Source: Myxococcales bacterium | GTDB lineage: Bacteria; Myxococcota; Myxococcia; Myxococcales; Anaeromyxobacteraceae | Assembly (NCBI GenBank): GCA_038320275.1 | Contig: JBBQEB010000077.1 | Span: 1 to 16,985, forward strand | Direction: 5' to 3' | DNA: 16,985 bases | Part shown: positions 1 through 8,528 of the stretch, piece by piece | How positions within the stretch are numbered: position 1 is the stretch's first letter | How the letters are laid out: every line of letters begins with the position of its first letter | Program-made: the position numbers and the translations under genes | The notes under the pieces: generated by a model | Told to the model about the DNA's origin: nothing | The model's input: the letters and a program-made list of their open reading frames with translations, nothing else | The model's database searches: none

Positions 1-867
1 GCAGGTGGCGAGCCCCTTGGGATGGCGCGGCGTCGCCCCGGTCTGGCCGACCTGGTTCATGTGCGTCATGAACTTGAAGACCTCGTTCCCTTCGCCAGAG
101 AGGTCTACCAGCGACTTGGACGACCCGAGGGACGCCTTGGCGCCGCTCAGGAAGTCGAGGATGAGCTTCTCGGCCTCGTGCATGTGCGGCTTGCCGTCGG
201 CCTGCTTCTTCGTCCATCCCGCCCCCGCCACCAGCAGGACCTTCGCGTCCGGCTTGATGGTCTGCGCGTCGCTCTTGGGAGAGCGGAGGCCCATCACCCG
301 CGTGCGCTTGGCCGCCTCGGCCAGCGCGGGGGCCGCGACGGCCTCCAGCACCACGGCGGCGCCCGACCCGGCGAACGCCGGGCGGGTGCCCGGCTCCACC
401 AGCACGAGCCACGGCCGCTGCGTGCGCTTCAACGTGGCCTCGATGCGCTGCTTGTAGAACCAGCGCTGGATGGCGACCCCGCCGTCCGCGGCGGACACGG
501 AGGTGGCGTGGGTGTCCACGCGCCCGTTCACCCTCTGTGCGACGCCGGGGAACACCCGGGCCAGGCGCGAGGTGTGGGCGGCGAGGACGACCGTGGCGCC
601 CGAGGCGCGCACCAGCGCCTCGACGGCGGCGGCGTCGGTGGCGTAGCGGCCGCTCGCGAGCTCGGGGCCTGTGACGGCGAGCGCGCGATCGGCGCCCACT
701 CCGGCGAGCTGGGCCGCTGCCGGCGCGGTGTTCGCGCCGAGGAGGCCGATGGAGAGCGGAGCGGAGAGCGCCTTGGCGGTCTCGGCCGCGGTGGCGAGCG
801 TCTCGAGCCCGGCGCGGGCGATGGTGCCGTCCTGCTCGGTGTTGGCGATGAAGAGGATCTTCTCCAC
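1..867 (-). CDS. etfA: Electron transfer flavoprotein alpha subunit (EtfA/FixB family), divergent; 3' end lies outside the window
   Basis: Absent from the ORF track because it has no stop in the window. Manual translation from GTG at 867 (AAGGAG RBS overlapping the etfB stop) gives MEKILFIANTEQDG...VLLVAGAGWTKK...ASLGSSKSLVD...HMNQVGQTGATPRHPKGLATC. QVGQTG is the EtfA FAD-binding motif, and the gene directly follows etfB. Confidence 0.9.
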   Translation of the reverse strand, partial: MEKILFIANTEQDGTIARAGLETLATAAETAKALSAPLSIGLLGANTAPAAAQLAGVGADRALAVTGPELASGRYATDAAAVEALVRASGATVVLAAHTSRLARVFPGVAQRVNGRVDTHATSVSAADGGVAIQRWFYKQRIEATLKRTQRPWLVLVEPGTRPAFAGSGAAVVLEAVAAPALAEAAKRTRVMGLRSPKSDAQTIKPDAKVLLVAGAGWTKKQADGKPHMHEAEKLILDFLSGAKASLGSSKSLVDLSGEGNEVFKFMTHMNQVGQTGATPRHPKGLATC

Positions 868-878
868 GTGTAGGCTCC

Positions 879-1685
879 TTACTCGCTGATCCAGGCGACG
901 ATCTCTTTCGCGATCTCGTCGGCCGGCATGTTCTTGACGACGCGCGTCTCGCGCTGCCCCTTGGGCACGTTCACCGCGACGTACTGGATGTCCCCCGTGC
1001 CCAGCTTGGCCGGCTTCGCCTTCTGTAGCGCCGGCATGATGAGCTTCATGTTGGCCATGCCGACCTGGGGGTTGTTGCGCGGCTCCGGCAGGTTGCCGGT
1101 GGCCCAGCCCAGCACGGCGGGCGGGCCGACCACCACCGAGACCTGATGCTGCCCACCCTCCACGCGCTCCAGGATCTCGAGCCCTCCGTCGGGCTGCACG
1201 GTCACCTGATCGACGCCCTGGAACTGGTCCTGGATGCCGAGCTGCTCGCCGACGAGCTGAAGGGTAGCGCCCGCGCCGCGCGAGGCAGACTCCCAGCCTC
1301 CGAAGAGCAGGGTCCGGGACGTGTCGAGCCCCGCGATCGCCTTGACTGCCCCCGCCAGCGCTGCAGCGGTCTCGTGCGCATCGACGAAGCCGCCAGCGGG
1401 GCCGTCCACCGCCACCAGCTCGAAGGGGACCTTCTGCCCCACCGCCATCATCACCTGCTGCAGCTTCGCCTTGGGGCTCACCGAGACGAGCCACACCTTG
1501 GAGCCAGGATTCTTGCCGGCCAGGTTGGCGGCCTCGAAGAGCGCGTGGTTCACCCAGGGGTCGAGGACCGCCGGGAGCATGAGCTCGTTCTTGAGCGCCG
1601 GGCCGGTGGGGGTCGTCAGCGGCTCCAGGGTCTGCAGTGGATCGGGCACGACGCTGCCGCACACGACGATGTGGAATCCTGCCAT
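879..1685 (-). CDS. etfB: Electron transfer flavoprotein beta subunit (EtfB/FixA family), divergent
   Basis: 268 aa. N-terminal HIVVCGSVVPD resembles the EtfB IVVCxKxVPD start; LDPWVNHALFEA, LLFGGWES and LPEPR resemble EtfB segments. AGGAG RBS; lies between the ETF-QO-like gene and etfA. Confidence 0.85.
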   Translation of the reverse strand: MAGFHIVVCGSVVPDPLQTLEPLTTPTGPALKNELMLPAVLDPWVNHALFEAANLAGKNPGSKVWLVSVSPKAKLQQVMMAVGQKVPFELVAVDGPAGGFVDAHETAAALAGAVKAIAGLDTSRTLLFGGWESASRGAGATLQLVGEQLGIQDQFQGVDQVTVQPDGGLEILERVEGGQHQVSVVVGPPAVLGWATGNLPEPRNNPQVGMANMKLIMPALQKAKPAKLGTGDIQYVAVNVPKGQRETRVVKNMPADEIAKEIVAWISE

Positions 1686-1727
1686 GCTGTCGTAGCTCCT
1701 CGGGTGAGAGTGGACGGGGGTGACGGG

Positions 1728-3632
1728 CTAATTCTCCGCGGAGTGAAGCCCGCCGGCGCCGGCGCGGAACAGGATGTTGGTGTTCTCCGCACCGTCGAGC
1801 GCCTGCGTGCAGTTCCACATGCAGGCGCCGCAGTGAACGCACTTCTCGCGGTCGAAGGCCGGAGTGCCGCCCGGCTCGCCGGGCGTGAGGGCCTGCGCCG
1901 AGCAGATCTCGATGCAGGTCCGGGTGTCGCAGCTCGCGCACACCGCCGGCTGGATGAAGATGACGTGGTTCGCGTAGCCCGCGGGCGCCTGCACCTTGCC
2001 GCCCATGAGCAGCGCGTCCTGGTGGCTCACCAGGAGCTGCCCGTCGTACCGGATCTCCGGCCAGCCGGCCCGCGTCATGAGCTCCGCGTTGAGCGAGGTG
2101 CCGGTCTCGGCGCAGTGCTTGCGGATGGAGGCGATCTCGTTCGGGGTGATGCGGCCCGCGTAATACTCCTCGATGGAGGGGATGCGGGTATGCGGCGCCA
2201 CAGGCTCCGGCCCGAGGTGCAGCTTGCCCTTGGACATGCCGGCGATGGCCATGCCGAGGAGGCCGGTCACGACGCCGCGGCCGAAGCCGTCGCGCGCCTT
2301 CTCCGCCACCTGTCCCTCCTTCTCCACCCAGCTCGCCCGCCGCCGCGCGACGTACGCGGCATCGAGATTCTCCTTGGTGAACGGCTTCTTCTCCTTGAGG
2401 AGCTCGAGGACGCCTTCGGCGAGCTGCACGCCGGTGGTCCACGCCTCGTCCACGCCCGAGCCGGTGAGCACGTTGGTGGAGCCGGAGCCCTCGCCGATGC
2501 GGGCAAACCCCTCGCCGCACAGCCACGGCTCGCCGCGCCGCCCCGACTCTGCCAGCGTCTTGGCGCCCCAGGAGCGCATCCTTCCGCCCTGGAGCTCCTT
2601 CCAGATGAGCGGGTGCTGGATGTAGTGCTGGAGGTACAGGTAGCTCGTTCGCACCGGGCTGTCGAACCAGGAGGGCACGAAGATCCCGACCGAGGCGACG
2701 CGGCCCGGGTGCACGTACAGGAAACCGAAGATCTCCGGCTCGGGGAAGCCGAACGTGTGGTAGACGAGCCCCTCCTCGAGGGTGCACGTCTCGGGGAGAT
2801 CCACCACCATCTTGCAGCCCACCGCCCACTCGCGCTGGTGGTGGTCGGGAGGCAAGCCGAGCTCGCGGTCGAGGGCCTGGCCGATGGCGCCCACCGGTCC
2901 ATCGCCGATCACCGTGAGCTGTGCGTTCACGTCGAGGCCGGGCATGTAAGACGCCTCGGGCCTGCCCTCCTTGTCCACGCCCTGGTCGAGGAGACGCACC
3001 CCGTGGACCTTGCCGTTCTCGACGAGGGGCTTCTCCACCGGCGTGGCCGGCCAGAGCTGCACCTGGCCGGTGGCCATGAGCTGCTCGCCCACCCACTGGT
3101 TGAACTGGCCCACCGAAAGGATGATGCCGCCCTTCTTGTGGAGGAAGTCGGGCGTGTAGGGCAGCTCGAAGGCTTGGTCCTTCACCTTGAACATGAAGCC
3201 GAGCGCCTTCAGCATGGCGTCGCCTGCGCGCAGCGTGGCCGACCGCCGGCTCGCCCCGACCGGATCGAGGAGGTAGAAGACCTTCTCGTCCTTCACGTTC
3301 GTCGCGAGCGGGATCTGCGAGGCGTCGAGGTCGGGGAAGGTCTGGCGAATCCCGCGGGCCCGCGTCACCACCCCCGAGACGCCGAAGCCGAGCCCCTCCG
3401 AGCGCTCGTAGCACATTACCTGCGGCGGCATCCCGGGAGAGACCACGCTCTCGACGAGCGGGGTGCCGTCGGGCGCGGCCATCCCGCGCGAGAGCGTGGT
3501 GAGAAAGCCGCCCATGGCGGGGCCGAAGCCCACGCAGGCGATGTCCACGTCCATGGTCTGGCGCTCGGGCTCGCTCGACGGCGCGGGCTCGGCGGGCGTC
3601 GCTGGCTCCGGGGCGGTGCTCTCGAGTGACAT
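1728..3632 (-). CDS. ETF:quinone oxidoreductase-like flavoprotein (FixC-like FAD domain fused to a FixX-like 2x[4Fe-4S] ferredoxin)
   Basis: 634 aa. Rossmann motif VDIACVGFGPAMGG; segments WLGEQ-like (QWVGEQL), WGAKTLAESG and ARIGEGSG follow the ETF-QO/FixC pattern. C-terminal CxxCxxxxCxxxC and CxxCxxCxxxC clusters, then a Gly-rich tail. Located in an ACAD-ETF operon. Confidence 0.85.
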   Translation of the reverse strand: MSLESTAPEPATPAEPAPSSEPERQTMDVDIACVGFGPAMGGFLTTLSRGMAAPDGTPLVESVVSPGMPPQVMCYERSEGLGFGVSGVVTRARGIRQTFPDLDASQIPLATNVKDEKVFYLLDPVGASRRSATLRAGDAMLKALGFMFKVKDQAFELPYTPDFLHKKGGIILSVGQFNQWVGEQLMATGQVQLWPATPVEKPLVENGKVHGVRLLDQGVDKEGRPEASYMPGLDVNAQLTVIGDGPVGAIGQALDRELGLPPDHHQREWAVGCKMVVDLPETCTLEEGLVYHTFGFPEPEIFGFLYVHPGRVASVGIFVPSWFDSPVRTSYLYLQHYIQHPLIWKELQGGRMRSWGAKTLAESGRRGEPWLCGEGFARIGEGSGSTNVLTGSGVDEAWTTGVQLAEGVLELLKEKKPFTKENLDAAYVARRRASWVEKEGQVAEKARDGFGRGVVTGLLGMAIAGMSKGKLHLGPEPVAPHTRIPSIEEYYAGRITPNEIASIRKHCAETGTSLNAELMTRAGWPEIRYDGQLLVSHQDALLMGGKVQAPAGYANHVIFIQPAVCASCDTRTCIEICSAQALTPGEPGGTPAFDREKCVHCGACMWNCTQALDGAENTNILFRAGAGGLHSAEN

Positions 3633-3650
3633 TGCAGCCTCTCTTCCGTC

Positions 3651-5885
3651 CTACACCGGGTAGTCGAGCGCCTCGGGGATCATCACCTTCGACGCGGCCT
3701 CGGCGGCCCGGTCCTTCGCGAGCCGGGAGCCGGTCAGGCAGGCGTCGAGCTTGGTGCGAATGGCCGCGAAGTCGCCCAGGCTGGCGCACTGCGCGCAGGG
3801 GCCTGCCTTGTGCGGGTGCGAGCCGTCATCGCCCAGGACGTCCACGGCGCAGCTCCCGATGCCCGGCATGATGCCCTCGAGCGCCTCCAGTTCCTTCGTC
3901 TGGTACGCGAGCTTGTTGCCGTCGGCGCCCCAGGCCGGGTGCTTGTTGTAGCCGTAGACGAGCTCCGCGCAGATACGCCCCACCTCGCCCGCGGCGCGGG
4001 CGCACTGCACGTGCGCGAGGTCCTCGTAGAACTGCACCAGGCCGGGGAGGCCCTCCGCCACCACCGCGTTCTCACCGCCCTTGCGCTCCAGCTCGCGCGC
4101 GTCGAGCACCAGCGCTCGCGCCGCCATCAGCCAGGCCAGGGCGTCGGAGAGCGGGAAGCTCACGCCCTGCCGCGGGGCCTGCATGAGCTTCTCTCCATCG
4201 GCGTCGGTGGCACCGAGCAGGTGCCGGTAGGTGTAGAGCCACAGCGTGAAGGCGGTCGCGAGGCTGCAGGCGCCGCTGTCCGGGCGCTGGGAGGCGATCT
4301 CGCGCAGCTCCTTCGTCCAGGCCTCGTACTGCGCGAGGAAGACCTCGTGGTTCATGCAGACGCTGAGCTGGCGCCGCTGCACCGACTCCGGACCCTCGTA
4401 GGTGGCCTCGAGCTGGGCGTCCATCCACTTGTTGCCCAGGAAGCCGGGGCAGTCCTCGGTGATGCCGTAGCCGCCCATGAGGCTCACCGCCTCGCGCATG
4501 ATGGTGGCGCCCACGCCCGTGTCCCAGAGCTTGGTGGCGGGGCAGAGGACCGCGCCGGCCGAGTCGAGGATGGCATACCGGACCAGGTCGTCCGCCTCGA
4601 GCTCGGCGACGCGCGCCGCGTCGCGCTCGGCCTCGGGCTTCGAGCGCTCCTTCACGAGCTGAACGGCCTTCTGGTTGATCTCCTTGAAGACCTTCAGCTC
4701 GCCGCGGCCGGTGATGCCCTTCTTGGCGAGGATGTCGAACTTCACCTTCTCGAGCGGGTCGAGCTCGTCGAAGAGCCGGGCCGTCTGGAAGCCCAGCGAG
4801 GTGGCCGCCTCGCCGGCCGCCCAGACGTCGATGAGCCGGTGCAGCACGTCCTGCCGGACCTGGAGCCCCAGGTCGAAGCGCGGCGATCCCGGCCTCGCCT
4901 GCTGCGCGCCGCGGAACCGGCTGCGCTGGTAGCGGATGACAGGTTCCACCGCGCTGAGCAGCTTGGCGGCGGTCATGATGCCCACCGGCACGCGGGTGTG
5001 CTTGAACACGGCCGCGATGATCTCCTCGTGGGAGAACTTGGGAATGATGACGCCGTCCTTCACCGAGTAGCCGCCGATGATGCGGTTCGCGGGCACCGTG
5101 AGGCTGAGGATGGGATCGTTCGTGGACGAGAGCTGGTGCACCAGCTTCTTCGTGGGCGTCCCCCTGTCGTAGGTGCCAGGGTCGGTCTCCTCGAGGATCA
5201 CCATGCACGAGCCCTTGATGCGAGCGTCGCCGGAGTCCACCGCCGCCGTGACGAAGTTCGCGAAGCCCATGTTCGTGATGAAGCGGCCGCGCTTCTCGAC
5301 GTGCAGCATCGGCTCCTTGCCCTCCTCCCACGAGGCGATCCGGACCTTTCCATTGAGCATGCCGGTGTCGACGCCGACGTACGGGATGGGCTCGGTGAGC
5401 GCGAAGGCGCCGCGCCAGGGCTTGCGGTCCTCACCCGGCTTCGCCGGCGCGGCGAGGCTCATGTACTTGTCCTGCTGCTCCTGCGTGCCGCGCTCGTGGA
5501 TGGGCGAGAGGGCGAGGTGGCCGGCGAGGCTGCCGGTGGCGGCGCCGGCGTCGACCCAGGCGAGCTCGAAGGCGGCGAGCGCCATGGCCATGTTCTTCGG
5601 GCCCTCGATGAAGCCGCCCTGGTGCGGGTCCATGAAGACGCCCGTGACGCCGCAGGCGTCGTAGTGCTCGAGAAGCTCGTTCTTCTCGGCGGTCCACTCG
5701 TGCGTGTTTCGGGCGCCGTTCGCGACCATGCGCGCGACCGGCCCGCGGGCGACCGCGCGCACCGACTGCACCAGCATCTGGAGGTCATAGCGATCGGCGA
5801 TGCGCCACATCACGTAGCGGACGTCGTCGCCCGGCAGGGTGCGGAGGCTCTCGGTGGCGGCGACTTCGGCGGCGGGGACGGCCAT
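3651..5885 (-). CDS. Acyl-CoA dehydrogenase family protein, long form (744 aa) with Cys-containing C-terminal extension
   Basis: FALTEP FAD-binding motif, KRGRFITN, REAVSLMGGYG, and ATYEGPESVQ (matches the ACAD YEG motif carrying the catalytic Glu). GGAGG RBS at 5896-5900; first gene of the ETF operon. Confidence 0.9.
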   Translation of the reverse strand: MAVPAAEVAATESLRTLPGDDVRYVMWRIADRYDLQMLVQSVRAVARGPVARMVANGARNTHEWTAEKNELLEHYDACGVTGVFMDPHQGGFIEGPKNMAMALAAFELAWVDAGAATGSLAGHLALSPIHERGTQEQQDKYMSLAAPAKPGEDRKPWRGAFALTEPIPYVGVDTGMLNGKVRIASWEEGKEPMLHVEKRGRFITNMGFANFVTAAVDSGDARIKGSCMVILEETDPGTYDRGTPTKKLVHQLSSTNDPILSLTVPANRIIGGYSVKDGVIIPKFSHEEIIAAVFKHTRVPVGIMTAAKLLSAVEPVIRYQRSRFRGAQQARPGSPRFDLGLQVRQDVLHRLIDVWAAGEAATSLGFQTARLFDELDPLEKVKFDILAKKGITGRGELKVFKEINQKAVQLVKERSKPEAERDAARVAELEADDLVRYAILDSAGAVLCPATKLWDTGVGATIMREAVSLMGGYGITEDCPGFLGNKWMDAQLEATYEGPESVQRRQLSVCMNHEVFLAQYEAWTKELREIASQRPDSGACSLATAFTLWLYTYRHLLGATDADGEKLMQAPRQGVSFPLSDALAWLMAARALVLDARELERKGGENAVVAEGLPGLVQFYEDLAHVQCARAAGEVGRICAELVYGYNKHPAWGADGNKLAYQTKELEALEGIMPGIGSCAVDVLGDDGSHPHKAGPCAQCASLGDFAAIRTKLDACLTGSRLAKDRAAEAASKVMIPEALDYPV

Positions 5886-5978
5886 AGGGGCAAATCCTCC
5901 AGCGGCGCGAGCGCGAGGCGCTCGTGCGGATTGACGTGGGCGGGCCTGGGGGGCCCGGAGGCGCGGGGACAGCCGCGG

Positions 5979-6008
5979 AACCTAACACCCCAGATTGATG
6001 CGCATCAA
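5979..6008 (-). promoter_or_regulatory. Candidate sigma70-type promoter for the ACAD-ETF operon (-35 TTGATG, 18 bp spacer, extended -10 TGtTAGGTT)
   Basis: Minus strand reads TTGATG (6008-6003), 18 nt, TAGGTT (5984-5979), with TG one base upstream of the -10. It sits about 95 nt upstream of the ACAD start. Confidence 0.45.
5995..6008. promoter_or_regulatory. FNR/FixK/Dnr-type (Crp-Fnr family) binding box
   Basis: TTGATGCGCATCAA is an exact TTGAT-N4-ATCAA consensus and a perfect 14-bp palindrome. It is AT-rich in a strongly GC-rich background and lies upstream of a redox operon. Confidence 0.7.
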
Positions 6009-6068
6009 GCCATGGGGCGCGGAAATTTCCTCACGCATTGCGTCGTCACGGTGAGGAAGGGTGCTGCT

Positions 6069-6106
6069 CCGGGGAGGCGCTCCCGCGCGAGAGCGGCGCT
6101 CCCCGG
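6069..6106 (-). terminator. GC-rich stem-loop just downstream of the dodecin stop (terminator or 3' stabilising hairpin)
   Basis: CCGGGGAG (6069-6076) pairs with CTCCCCGG (6099-6106), with inner CGCTC/GAGCG pairing. There is no U-tract, so it is not a classical intrinsic terminator. Confidence 0.4.
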
Positions 6107-6113
6107 CCCGTCC

Positions 6114-6320
6114 TCACGCGTCGAGCTTGAACCCCACCCGGATGGTCACCTGGAACTCGGAGACCTTTCCGTCCGCGATGACGCCTCGCTGCTCGGCGAC
6201 CTCGAACCAGTTCATGTGGCGCACGGTCTTGGCGGCCTCGGCGATGGCGGCCTTGGCCGCCTCGGCGAAGCTGACAGGGGAAGTTCCCACGAGCTCGATC
6301 TTCTTGTACGTCCCGGACAT
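6114..6320 (-). CDS. Dodecin (flavin-binding/storage protein)
   Basis: 68 aa: TYKKIELVGTSPVSF...AAKTVRHMNWFEVAEQRG...FQVTIRVGFKL is a typical dodecin, including the flavin-stacking Trp (WFEV). Strong AGGAGG RBS. Confidence 0.95.
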   Translation of the reverse strand: MSGTYKKIELVGTSPVSFAEAAKAAIAEAAKTVRHMNWFEVAEQRGVIADGKVSEFQVTIRVGFKLDA

Positions 6321-6440
6321 GCATTCCTCCTGGTGCGGGTTGGTCAGCCGAGGGTGGAACGCCTAGCGCCGCGAGTGGTGACGTTGGGTGCAAAGCGCAC
6401 GGTGAGCCCATACGGGTCTCAAGCTGCGCGGCGCGTCAAT

Positions 6441-6470
6441 CGTTTGAGCAACGCAATGCGTCACGCAAGC

Positions 6471-6477
<7 letters not shown>
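6441..6477 (-). other. Inverted repeat spanning the speA stop codon (possible terminator or regulatory hairpin)
   Basis: CGTTTGAGC (6441-6449) and GCTCAAACG (6469-6477) form a perfect 9-bp inverted repeat with a 19-nt loop. Confidence 0.4.
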
Positions 6478-8450
<1,973 letters not shown>

Positions 8451-8528
8451 CGCGGACCTCTTCTACAAGGCGCAACCGGAGAAAGAAAGGTCGCGCGCCC
8501 CGCGCGGCGCACGTTATCCACCGCGCGC

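Noticed and set aside
22..3629. Plus-strand ORFs 22..873 and 1146..3629
   Set aside because: They are antisense shadows of etfA, etfB and the ETF oxidoreductase, with Arg/Gly/Leu/His-rich non-protein-like composition.
6321..6470. Possible FMN riboswitch upstream of dodecin or the flavoprotein operon
   Set aside because: No RFN core motifs (AGGGCnGGGTGAAAnTCCCnACCGGCGGT, GTCnGGATGGGAGA) were seen on either strand here or in 5886-6113.
8514..8522. DnaA-box-like TTATCCACC between speA and the ABC exporter
   Set aside because: It is a single 8/9 match with no box cluster, AT-rich unwinding element or origin-associated genes.
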